From assembly GCA_001687465.1 (NCBI GenBank), contig LVLI01000150.1:62001-119307 (forward strand): a DNA stretch of 57,307 nt. Direction: 5' to 3'. A program made the position numbers and the translations under genes. The stretch is from Halocafeteria seosinensis. Its lineage: Eukaryota. The notes under the pieces were generated by a model. It saw nothing but the letters and a program-made list of their open reading frames with translations, was not told the DNA's origin and searched no databases. The first letter of the stretch is position 1, and each line of letters opens with the position of its first letter. Shown piece by piece: positions 1 through 11,138 of the stretch.

Positions 1-4
1 TATT

Positions 5-90
5 TCGTCGGATTTTGCGGTCGTATAGCGGTATTTTGGTGAAACAGATAGGTGACGTTGTAGGGGGTATATCGTCGGGTTTTGCGGTCG
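5..90. repeat. Imperfect 19-bp direct repeat (TCGTCGG[A/G]TTTTGCGGTCG) at 5-23 and 72-90
   Basis: Two copies with one mismatch, read directly from the sequence. Confidence 0.7.
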
Positions 91-398
91 GGTGAATCCG
101 ATTGGTTCTTCCATCTGGTGTTATATAGGAATCTACTCTATTGACTACTCTCCTTGAGCCTGTTTGTAGAGAATCCTTCAACTTTCAATTCGAAGAAAAA
201 TTATCCCGTGACGTGCCTCAACTGCGTGGCAGGGAGCTCATATTCGAGGAAATGCAGAGTATGGCAAATGCTAGTTGATAGAGCTAAGACCTGGTGTCGT
301 AGGCGAATGGCTAAGTTACCCAGAGCAATATACGCAATGCCACAGCTGCAAGTGTTCCCTCACGGCGCATGTCAGCAAGGCTGCAGGAACAGCGGACC

Positions 399-491
399 CG
401 TCGCTGCTTAACACGGGCGCATACCGCTCCTCGTTAAGAGGATGCGGTCAACTTCCCGGCCGGTGGGCTATCTGTCACATTTGTGTGTGTG
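399..491 (+). repeat. Dispersed ~95-bp element, copy A, ending in a short (GT)n tail
   Basis: Aligns by eye with 57162-57260 (CGTCGCTGCTTA...ATACCGCTCCTCGTT...GATGCGGTC...TATCTGTCACATTTGTGTGTGTG). Confidence 0.85.
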
Positions 492-1335
492 CTACAAATT
501 GTAGCAACTTTAGCACTCACCTGCAACGAGAAGTATGCCTCTTAGGCACTCGTACTTCCGCAAGAGTCTATTTACAATGTAGCACAGGGTCTGAGGTTGC
601 GTATCCAATGATAACTCTCAAGGTAGTCAAATTGTGATGCTGGAATACCTCCGCATCCCGTGCAGCCAGATCGTCGAGTCATCGACTGTACATGTACGAG
701 AGGTAACTCCGACCAACCACTTACAGTAGTACAAAGTATAGCCGAGTACACACATTAACGGTATCCCTTCTTGATAGCTATGCTCCCACAGTACACTACC
801 GTCGTATGAAACACGAAGATATCTATCAACACACATGTACAAGATGTAGGGAGCAACGACATCGAAGCACCGTGTCAGTTGGACGAGGTGTGAAGCCAGG
901 GGTAGAACGGGGCTTCATATGACACGTGAGGTACCAATCGTACCAATCCTGCCTACACAGTGAGGAAAGTTAAGAAGCAGATTACCGAAGCGACCTGAAT
1001 CTCCAAAAAGAGTTATATTCACATATTGCGCGCCTTGGGGGAGGAGTATCCTCGGCGATAGAGGCGTCCCTGGAGCTCTTAGTTGTGGATGCGATTTGGA
1101 TCCACAGTGCCCACCCTATTTACGCAGCTAATTTACTTTTCCATAAGAGCAACAGCGCTATTATTATCATAGGGGTGCTTTGAAGGATTTCTTGACGCCA
1201 TTGAGTCCCGTACTACTGCTCTGTGCGGGCTCATATAGCGTTGAACAGAGGTAGAGCGTCTGGCGCCTTGGTCTTGTCCCGCCGGTGAACCCGCTGTTCG
1301 TGCGAAAAAGTGGTCAACGAATCGTTTGAGAAACA

Positions 1336-2674
1336 ATGACAACCCAAAACCGCGGAGGAGGAGAACGAGAAGGGCACCGAGGATACCGTCAGCATACACT
1401 TGTAGGACATGTATTTGAGGTTCGGAATAGGTATACGGACCTTGAACCGTTTGGCCGGGGAGCATATGGGCTGGTGGCCAAAGCTCAAGATCTCGTGAGT
1501 AATTGCTCGAGCTAATTGACGCACCCAATGGTGCACACGGAACACTCTTTTCATGGATTGCAGATTACCGGGAGAAACGTTGCCATCAAGAAGATCGAAA
1601 ATATATTTCGGGACAATATCGACGGTAAGGGTTTCGCATGCAGGATACCGTAAGGCTTTGAATGAATTGCTGCTCTGTGTCCGCAGCTAAACGAACTCTA
1701 CGAGAGGTGAAGCTACTACGACATTTGGGGGCACATGGAAATGTAACTGAACTCATCGACATTATGACAGAGCCTCCGGAGTCGCAGAACTTCCGGACGT
1801 TGTATATTGTTACTCAGTGCTACGAGACTGACCTAGAACGGATCATCAATTCGGGGCAGCGACTTTCGGAGCGACATTTCTCATATTTCGTGTATCAGTT
1901 GCTCAGGGCACTGAAGTATATCCATTCGGCTAACGTGCTTCATAGGGACTTGAAGCCGTCGAACTTACTTGTCAACTCTAACTGTGACTTGGCCATTTGC
2001 GACTTTGGTTTGGCGCGAGGCATAAGTCTCGACATCGGAGAACTAACAGAAGATGTTGTCACTTTGTGGTACAGAGCCCCAGAGGTTCTGTGTGGACAAG
2101 GAGACTATGACTCAAAGGTAGACTTGTGGAGTGTCGGCTGCATTCTGGGAGAGTTCGTTACGCGCGAGGCACTGATGAAGGGCAATGCCCCAGCTCACCA
2201 ACTCCAGCTTATCGTCGCTGCTGTTGGGAAACCAAGTCAGAACGACTTAGCCGAAGTCTGCACTGATGGGGCTGCTCGAATCATCAACAATATGCCAGAA
2301 TTTCAGAGGCCAGGTACGTATTCAAGTATACGAACTCATCTTTTGCGGCATTACTGTTTTCACACCGGTATTTTCCAGCCTGGCGCCAACATATTAACAC
2401 GAATGCGAGTCCCGAACTTAGAGACTTGCTGGAAAGGCTTCTTGTTTTTAATCCCAGGAAAAGGTTGGACATTGAGGGCGCCCTCTCTCATCCTTTTTTT
2501 GCACACTTGCGAAATCCAGCTGCTGAGCCGCTCTGCGAGGAACCATTCAATTTTGAGTTCGAACGTGACTATCCACAGGAAATGCCTCGGCAGCTAATTC
2601 AAGAGTATATTTACAATGAAATGCTAGACATTGAAGAACGTCACCGAATGCAGACGTTGGGAGGCCGAGGGTAG
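1336..2674 (+). CDS. MAP kinase (CMGC family), atypical TED activation loop; 4 exons (introns ~1495-1563, 1625-1686, 2314-2378)
   Basis: GRGAYG, VAIKK, AKRTLRE, HRDLKPSN, CDFGLAR, TEDVVTLWYRAPE, C-terminal FNFEFE; GT..AG introns restore the frame. Confidence 0.93.
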
Positions 2675-2675
2675 C

Positions 2676-2717
2676 GATAGATCGACGAGTCCATGCAGAT
2701 AGATCGACGAGTCCATG
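2676..2717. repeat. Tandem duplication of 20-mer GATAGATCGACGAGTCCATG (period 22) just after the MAPK1 stop
   Basis: Exact copies at 2676-2695 and 2698-2717. Confidence 0.85.
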
Positions 2718-3706
2718 GAGGGACTCTTAACCACATAGCGGCAGTACCAGGGGTATGCTTGATACTACCGTAGTTGTAGTTGGGTATTACGAAGTGAATC
2801 CTTTAATTACTGCAATGAATGCGCATCACGTCGCGAAGATGCCGAGCCGCTTCCTCGATCGCATGTTGTGGCGTTCATATATACGCAGCTGTGTGTTCGC
2901 AGCAGATCCCTCCCGTAGTAACGCGAAGTGACTAAATGCACACTCTCTGCTGGTTGATGTGGACAACTCTTTGGTGATATATTCCCCGTGTAGCGTTTTG
3001 TTTGTGGCATGTTGAAGTGAAAAACCTTTGGGACTTGGTACCTTCTTGAAGCCGCTTGGCGTTTCGACAACCCTCTGCCGAGAGCAGAGTGTTGGTGGTA
3101 TGAATGGGGTGTCACTGTACCCCCAGGGGTTGTCGGTCATGCGTCCTCTGGCGAAGCCTTCCCACATCTCAGGAACACTTGTTCAGTTTGCATACCCGTT
3201 CCGGGTTTTCATTGAGTACAAACGCTAACACATTGAAGAAATATTGCACTAGCTGCATTGGGAGTATACACTGCCGTCATCTACCTCTGTAATTCGCGTG
3301 TTCTTGTTGGCGCGGTAACTGTTGTCGTCGCGGGTTCCTCCACCCGGGCCGGGCGCGGCAGCGGTGAGTTCTCAGGTGAAACCACAGCTATAACAGCGCC
3401 TACAACAGCCCAAAGCGGATTGAAAATTATGAGCTAAAATACAAGAACAAATTATACGACAGCTAAGGATAAAAGTGTCGTATGTGGTCCTGGCAAAAAC
3501 ACGATATTTGGATTTGCATAATTCGGTTGGTAACTTGGAAGAAATTTTTTTTGTCTTCCCTTTTTTGGACCAAAATCGAGCACATTACAGGCCCTCTCTC
3601 CGTTTGGCAACCCAATCACATCAAGTAGGACTGCCAGATTCTCGAATCGTCTTATTTACTCGTTCATATGTCGGCGGTTTTACAAAGCAAAAAGGGAGAA
3701 CAGCTT

Positions 3707-5095
3707 ATGCCTGAGGAAGGCGACCACCCCAGCCCTTCCTGGGTGAACAGCACCGCCGCACACCATTACGCAGAACAAAAAGCAAGACCAACGAAGGAAG
3801 GATACCGGAATCATACTCTTCGAAAGCAAACATTCACTGTACGGAATCGTTACGTAGACTTGAAGCTTACAGGGAAGGGTTCTTATGGTTTCGTTGCTTT
3901 GGCCCGTGACTTGGTAAGGTTGCGCGCTTCAAGTGGTGGTACGGCTATTCTGTCGAGAAAGCTATTTTGAATCCTTGCAGTATCGCGATAAGGTTGTAGC
4001 CATTAAGAAGATCAAGAATATGTTTGCGGATGACATTGATGGTATGTCTTCCCCGAGATTCTCTATGCCAGTTCTCGTGACCGCGCTAACTACCGGTACG
4101 ATTTGAGAATGGGTTTTGCAGCTAAGAGAACGTTGCGAGAAGTAAAAATACTGAAACACATCGGAAAGCATGAAAATATTGTTGGGTTGCTGGATATCAT
4201 GACAGGACCGCCCGAGTGCGACAACTTTGAAGATCTATATTTGGTCATGGAACACTATGAGAGCGACCTGGGACCGATTATTGCTTCAGAACAACCCATT
4301 ACAGAACGCCATTGCCAGCGTTTCATTTACCAGGTGCTTAAGGCCTTGAAGTATATGCATTCCGCCAAAATCCTACACAGGGACTTGAAGCCAGGCAACA
4401 TTCTTGTAAATGGTGACTGTCGGCTTGCCCTATGCGATTTTGGCTTGTCACGAGGTGTGAATTCGGAATTAAGTGATCTCACCGAGGATGTCATAACCCT
4501 CTGGTATCGGCCCCCAGAGTTGTTATGCGGTATGACATCATACGATGAAAAAGTTGATATGTGGAGTCTTGGATGCACCCTTGGTGAACTTGTCTTCAGG
4601 AGACCTCTATTCCCGGGCAAGACCCGGGTCCACCAGCTACAGCTTATAGTCTCATCTCTTGGGATGCCCGACGAGCAAACTATTACCAGAGCATGCGGTC
4701 CCGATGGAGCACGAGTGCTTTACAACATGGAGTTATTCACTACACCAGGTATGTTATTCTGTTAAGCAAGGGAGGGTGTTTGCGTGGGAGTATACACATC
4801 GGTTATGTTCGACATTGCAGAGTGGTTCCAGTACATTGATGACCACTGTTCCATAGAGCTGGCAGACTTCTTGAAAAGGTTGCTAAGATTTGATCCTCGA
4901 GAACGTATGAGTGTAGAAGAAGCACTCGGTCACTCGTTTATGCAAACAGAGGCTTCAGCAAGTGCTCGTTCATCGGAGCCGTTTTGCGCCGTTCCTTTTA
5001 ATTTCGACTTCGAAAACGGTTACCCCCGTGGACTCCCCAAAGAAGTCATTCAAAACCACATTTTAATGGAAATCCAAGATTTTGAACCTTACTGA
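3707..5095 (+). CDS. MAP kinase paralog, atypical TED activation loop; 4 exons (introns ~3914-3980, 4042-4121, 4749-4820)
   Basis: GKGSYG, VAIKK, AKRTLRE, HRDLKPGN, CDFGLSR, TEDVITLWYRPPE; same three intron positions as the upstream MAPK; alternative in-frame ATG at 3668. Confidence 0.93.
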
Positions 5096-5214
5096 GAAGT
5101 ATCCAGTAACAGTTCAGTAATGCACATTGTTGTATCCCGTTGACTGTACATAGCGCACATGTAGCTGCTTTGAATTTGGTACCGACGATATAATCCCTTT
5201 CTCATAACCCCCTG

Positions 5215-7188
5215 TTACTTTGCTTTGCCTTTCCCCTTAATGTTGTAGCTTGCAAGGCGAGATTTCTTGACGGACCCTTGGCTATGCGAACGGCTCTTGC
5301 CCTCGTTTCCATTGTTCAGTTTACCATTATGATGAGTCTTCCGTTTTTTATTCTTATTTGGGAGCTGCGCTCCAGAAGCGCTAGAATCTTCAACAGGTGC
5401 ATCTGCGCTCTTCTTAACCTTCTTCCGTTCCCGTTTCTCCTTCCGTTTTTGCTTCTTCAGGTTATCGGCCTCCGCTTCTTGCTGCTGTTGCTCCTTCTCC
5501 AAGCGGGACCGTAGCTGCTGCAATTTGTTCCTCTTCAACTTGCTAGGAACGCTCCACTCACTATCTCGGTATGGAGCTAACTTCTTCAGGCTAACAAACT
5601 GATTTAGGTCCTTCTCTTTGGCCCCGAGTATATCGTCGGCCGTTAGACCCCAGCTATTCGGAGCGACTTCTCTATATTTGAATCGCGGACCACTGTTTGG
5701 TAAATGGGTGGAGTTGGCAAGCTCCTCATGTACCTGCTTTGCTTGCTCGATTGCCTTCCGGGCTTCATCCTTCTCCAGAAGTTTAGAAGAATCATCGGAA
5801 TGCGACTCTTCTCCCGCTTCTGCCCTAGAATCATTCATACCTTCTTCTTTTCCGTCCATTGCAAGAGTTTCATCGAGGCGTTCTGGCTCCTCCTCAAGAT
5901 CCAACTCCGCATCTGCCTCGTCGTAGTATGACTCATCAAATATGGCTTCCATTGCTTTATCCCATTTCGTCGAATCAAAGTCCCCATCAAAGTCTATGCC
6001 GTAGTCGCGAAGCTTCTTTTCCAGTTCCTTCTCTGTCATATTGCTGCCGGCGACTTCTATCATCTGCTTCAGGTACTTCCGAAGCTCTTCTTCTTTGAGT
6101 GCTTTCAACTGGCGCATTCGTTCTTTCTCCTCTTTCTCTTTCTCTTCTTTTCTTAATTTTTTATTCTCTCTTTGACGAGCTCTCTTAGGCTCTTCCCGTC
6201 TCATGCTACCAGGAACATGCCTCGCGTTGCTTTGGATTTGGGCGCCTTCCTGCTCTTCGAAACGGAAGTTACACTTAGCCTCGTATGCTTCCGCCTGGTC
6301 GACGGCTTCTTCATCCTCTTCTATATCCGCTGCCAATTTTTCAATGGTCTCTGGATCATCCTGAGCTTCCTGTTTCCATTTTTGCTGAACGAGGAAATCA
6401 TGCAGAAACGCCTCTCCCTCGTCTTTAGGTTTCTCTTGCATGAATTGCAGAGCGGCTTTCGTCCCCTCGGTTCCAAGTTCTTCTAATTCACCAGCCGAGT
6501 TTGCTTTCAGAAATTGGTAAGGATCAGTTGAATTATCGATCTTACGTTTCTTTTCCAGTATGTCCTCTCCGTCTTCGGCTTTAGTATTCGCAATTTGCTC
6601 CGAAGCCGTCTTTAGGAATTCATTGCGTAGTTCTGCCTGCTCCTCATTGTATACTTTAGCGGACTCGTCACGACCAGGGATCTTCTCGTTGTCATCCTCG
6701 TCATCACTATCAAAGGCATCTGTAGTGCCTTTTCTCTCGGCGTCGAGAATCTGCTGTCTCACAACATCACGAGCAGTTTGAGCTTTCTGGTTCCTTGGTC
6801 TATCCGCGTTTTCCCCCGATGCCTGTCCTGTCGATTGAAGTAGTTCATCATCTCTGAAGAACTTCGTCGATGAATCGTACACTTTGGGATCTTTGTTACG
6901 TATCATTTCGATCATACCCATCACTTTGGCGTTCACAGACGGCGGGATCTCGCCTTCATCCTCTTCTTCGCTGGAGCTTGATTCCTCTTCATGGTCGTCC
7001 TCACTTGCATCTATCAGCAATCCTGCTTCTCTCGCCTTGGCTAGCTCCTGTCGTCGTTTCCGTTCGTGATATTCCTCTGCAAAATCTCGATTGATTTGTA
7101 GTCCGTCCTGCTCTTGGGCCTGTTCCTCATCTTCCTCCAAGGGAAGCGGGGTTTTCTCCTTCCCTTTTTTATTACCCTCTCCTCCCAT
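5215..7188 (-). CDS. KRI1: KRI1 homolog (40S ribosome biogenesis), intronless
   Basis: Acidic/lysine-rich protein with DPKVYD, NFRFEE, FKYREV..WGLT..DIL and LNQFVSLKKLAPYR motifs; first ATG at 7188. Confidence 0.9.
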   Translation of the reverse strand: MGGEGNKKGKEKTPLPLEEDEEQAQEQDGLQINRDFAEEYHERKRRQELAKAREAGLLIDASEDDHEEESSSSEEEDEGEIPPSVNAKVMGMIEMIRNKDPKVYDSSTKFFRDDELLQSTGQASGENADRPRNQKAQTARDVVRQQILDAERKGTTDAFDSDDEDDNEKIPGRDESAKVYNEEQAELRNEFLKTASEQIANTKAEDGEDILEKKRKIDNSTDPYQFLKANSAGELEELGTEGTKAALQFMQEKPKDEGEAFLHDFLVQQKWKQEAQDDPETIEKLAADIEEDEEAVDQAEAYEAKCNFRFEEQEGAQIQSNARHVPGSMRREEPKRARQRENKKLRKEEKEKEEKERMRQLKALKEEELRKYLKQMIEVAGSNMTEKELEKKLRDYGIDFDGDFDSTKWDKAMEAIFDESYYDEADAELDLEEEPERLDETLAMDGKEEGMNDSRAEAGEESHSDDSSKLLEKDEARKAIEQAKQVHEELANSTHLPNSGPRFKYREVAPNSWGLTADDILGAKEKDLNQFVSLKKLAPYRDSEWSVPSKLKRNKLQQLRSRLEKEQQQQEAEADNLKKQKRKEKRERKKVKKSADAPVEDSSASGAQLPNKNKKRKTHHNGKLNNGNEGKSRSHSQGSVKKSRLASYNIKGKGKAK

Positions 7189-7635
7189 GTCTCGAACGCT
7201 TCGCGATAAGAACAAGGGAGACGCATATATGTGCGATACACACGCCCTGTGCTTTTACCTATGGGGTGGTATTTGCTGCTGCTGGCTTCAACCTTCGAGT
7301 CACTTCAAGGCTTTGAGGGATTTGGCCTTCTATACGCTGCGACAACCAATTCAAGTTATCCTCAATCTTCATTCAAACCTTTGGTACATCCACTCCTGAC
7401 GATGTCTGTTCTATCCGCTACCTCTGGCACGCTATGGGCAGAAGTCTAAATCGAACAAATGTTTGCTGTCTATATGGAATGCTTCTGGTGGTTCGTATCT
7501 GGGATCCTGCCCCGTATGCGCATCATACAGGATTTGTTTAACGTATATTTGTTATCTACATGCTGTAAGTTGTTTAACGCATGTCGTAGCTGTATTGGGT
7601 TTAATTCGACCAAGTAGTGAAAAGAGTGTGCCACA

Positions 7636-8426
7636 ATGCCGCGTGGTGGAGGAGAGATTGAAATCAGCTCCAAGCATATCAGCATCGAGCATAAGAAGAT
7701 CTTTTTCAATTTGAGGGAGAACGAGCATGGGCGCTTCCTTAAGGTACAGCAACCTCTAAGTAGTGTGCGCAGTGGTGCTGCTGCCACTGCCGTTGTGCAT
7801 AACGACTCCATTCGCTGGTATGCAGATTGCAGAAGTAGTCGGACGTAACAGATCTACCATTATCGTCCCACAGACAGGTTGGAGTGTGAGTTAAGAAGTT
7901 GGAAATCTTTGGGTTCTCGTCAGTGCCCCAGACAAACTACGTTCTTGCAGGAGTTCCGAGATACCTTACAGTCATTCATCGACGAAGTCGGCGTCCCTGA
8001 AGAGAACCCAGCAGAAGCAGATCGTGAGAACCCGTCGATACCACAGCTTTTCGTAGACAATGTAAGCGACAGTGCCCGTCAAACGAGTTGTTCTTCACGG
8101 ATGGCTTATGTGCGCTTTCCTGCATGACAGCTCCCATGGGAAGTAGATGATGACTTATTAAGAGCTTACTTTGAGCAATGCGGCAAGGTGGAGTCTTGCC
8201 AAATTCAACGGTTTGCAAATGGCCAAAGCAAAGGGAATGCTGTAGTGCGATTTAGCGATTCGCTTTCAGCTGGGAAGGCGATACGTAAGTGCTACACTTC
8301 CAGTATATCTATTGAAAAAATGCTCCGGTTTCAATTTGATACTCTGCTACAGGTGAGCTTAATAATACTGATGTCAACGGGAGATATATAAAGGTTCACG
8401 TAGACAAATTCGCCAGTGAATCATAG
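7636..8426 (+). CDS. Single PUR repeat fused to a C-terminal RRM; 5 exons (introns ~7744-7825, 7886-7950, 8062-8130, 8285-8352)
   Basis: SKHISIEHKKIFFNLRENEHGRFLKIAEV...STIIVP..GW.EFRDTL resembles a PUR repeat; LFVDNLPW (RNP2) and SKGNAVVRF (RNP1) form an RRM; spliced frame is open to TAG 8424-8426. Confidence 0.8.
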
Positions 8427-8523
8427 GCTCAAAATTATGCGGAAAAGATACTAACAGTTGTCTACAAACATATAAATGTTCTACAGTGTATTGGTCTTAA
8501 ATCCGCTTTCAAGATAGCAGCTC

Positions 8524-10305
8524 CTATTCCTTCTTCTCTGATTCCTCTTCCTTTTCGCCTGATCCTTCCATAGATCGTACGTAGAATTCATCGATCAATT
8601 TCTTGGGAATCTTCTTCAGCAACTGAGGTCCAAGGACACGGAGTAATGACCATGCCTTGTCCAAAGAGTCGATAACTGTACGCTTCTCATACGTCCCTTG
8701 AGTGACGAATTCAGATTCGAATTTGTGTGTGAAAGTCAAAAACTTCTTCTGGTCATCAGTCAGTGCTTCGGCACCGACGACAGCCTTCATCGCTTCAGCG
8801 TCTTTACCGGCGGCATATGCGGCGTACATCTGATTTGACACAGCATTGTGGTCGTGTCTAGTCATCCCTTTACCAATGGCACTCTTCATAAGTCGTGATA
8901 GTGAGGGGAGCACGTTGATCGGAGGGTACACCTTCTGGTTGTACAGCTGTCTGTCGACGTAAATTTGTCCCTCAGTAATATACCCTGTAAGATCTGGAAT
9001 TGGATGAGTAATATCGTCATTAGGCATTGACAAAATAGGAAGCTGTGTAATGCTACCCTTGCTGCCTGCTACTCGTCCTGCTCGTTCATACAGCGTTGCC
9101 AAGTCTGTATACATGTAACCTGGGTAACTCCGACGCCCAGGCACCTCTTCACGAGCGGCTGATACCTCTCGCAACGCGTCGGCATACGAACTCATATCCG
9201 TCAAAATAACTAAGACGTGCATGTCTCGCTCGTAAGCTAGATACTCGGCCGTGGTCAATGCAAGACGAGGCGTAATGATACGCTCAATTGTTGGGTCATC
9301 TGCAGTATTAATGAATAACGCAGTACGCTGCATTGCACCGCTCTTCTCGAAATCTTCCTTGAAAAATCTTGCAGTCTCCATGTTAACACCCATGGCACCA
9401 AACACGATGGCAAAATTGTCGCCGCCAGACGGTTCCTCTCCTGATTGGGCTTTGCTGGCACTCTCTACTAGACCCGCCTGACGACAGATCTGGGCACCAA
9501 TTTCGTTGTGTGGCAAACCAGCGGCCGAAAAGAGCGGAATTTTTTGTCCACGAGCAATCGAGTTCATGACGTCGATGGCTGAAATACCGGTTTCAATCAT
9601 TTCTTGAGGATAGACACGTGCATACGGGTTGATCGGCTTCCCGTTGATATCTAGAAACTTTTCAGCCAAGACAGGAGGACCGCCGTCCTTAGGTTTACCA
9701 CTGCCATCGAAAGTTCGACCCAACATGTCTTCTGAGATGGGCATTTTGTACACATCGCCAGAGAATTCAACGTGAGTATGAGTGTTGTCTACTCCATCCG
9801 TTCCTTCGAAAACTTGGACAATTGCTCGTGAGCCTGAAATCTCAAGTACCTGGCCCTTTCGCTGTTCTCCATTTCTCAATCTCAAGCTGACAATCTCCGA
9901 ATATTTGGGACCCTGAAAGCGACAACAAAAACAGGGGATGGAGTATAGAGTGAACAGTATAGCCGGAGAACAAGAACACTTGGCGAACTACGTCCGCAGG
10001 CTCCATGCCCAAGTCCGACCTACCTTTACGTGATCCAGAATGACCAACGGACCATTCACACCCTTGATCGTATTATAATCTGTATATCAAAGAGACAACA
10101 TGATTTATGCATGTGGAATTCGTAGGTGTGTAGTACCGAGGAGAAAAGCCACAAGAGCCGCCACTAGACTCCACACCCTCAGATCAATCGACATACCAAG
10201 TCTAGGTTCTAGATTATAATCTCTCATGGCTGCCTGGATCGTTGGGTCGTTCATGATATCTGGAGAGCTGCCCGCGGCAGCACCTTTGTTGTTTTTCTTG
10301 GTCAT
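8524..10305 (-). CDS. ATP6V1B: V-type H+-ATPase subunit B; two short 5' exons plus a long exon
   Basis: [71 protein letters not shown]. Confidence 0.97.
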
Positions 10306-11138
10306 TTTGCTCTGAAAAGTACCCTTTTTGTATTTTTCCAACAGGGGGAACTTGCGGGGGAGGCCAGTCGTGTGTTTCTCGCTTGCCAGGGGACTGGAAA
10401 GGAGGGACGGACAAACCACGTGCTCAGGAGCCTCTGCGCACACACACAATCAAGTGCTAGGCAAATCGCCGTCAAAGTGGATCAACCGAGATTAAACTAT
10501 GCGGTCAACCCTCATGAAACTTGCTGCTCTCAAAAAAATGCCTCTCTCTTGGAGGAGAAGATCGGCACAAGGATGGTGCGGAAAGTATGGAGATTCGCGG
10601 GTTGAAGAATTCTGCTCACGCCCGAACTTAAAAATGATGTGGCACGTATAAAGCGACTTCTCATTGTAGTTTATTGAGTGACTTGAATTTAATCGCTAGA
10701 CTACCAAAGCGCGCTACAACAGAATCAGGTTGGGTTCCAGAACCAGAGAATCCGTATCGGTACGAATCATCGTTTGGATATTTTCGCATCTTAACATAGC
10801 GACAACAGAGTATAAATCATTATAATGTGTTTGACATGAAGCTAGAAGAAAACTTTTGTATCGGCCACTAAAGTCACTCTGCTAGCTTTTACCTGCCGGA
10901 TTCCTGGAACTCCTTCACAAGCTGAAAATCAGGGCCGTCATTATAGCTAACTTACTAGGTATTTATGGGAACTAGTCAACTCGATTTGTGCGTCAAGAAA
11001 GCGAGAAATGTATCGCTGAACGCATCTAAAGCTGCAACGGAGAACTGTTGTGCAGGTGCCGTCAATAATCGGTACAACCTGAACTGGAGCACGGCTGTGC
11101 TGATGCACTACCAATGGATGTCTAGTTAGTCGTACACG

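Noticed and set aside
154..1130. Short ORFs at the window start
   Set aside because: No recognisable domains, non-ATG starts and overlap with the dispersed repeat
2284..2674. Apparent frameshifts between consecutive ORFs in the MAPK, DPH6, NAXE, TRM6, USP and BK-like genes
   Set aside because: In the cases I traced, canonical GT-AG introns restore the frame; there is no need to invoke pseudogenes or recoding
2676..2717. 20-bp direct repeat as a possible CRISPR remnant
   Set aside because: Only two copies with a 2-nt spacer, eukaryotic context and no cas genes
3165..3225. Minus-strand NPERVCKLNKC, resembling the copia RT motif VCKLxKSLYGLKQ
   Set aside because: A stop follows immediately and the YGLKQ and YVDD motifs are absent; probably chance
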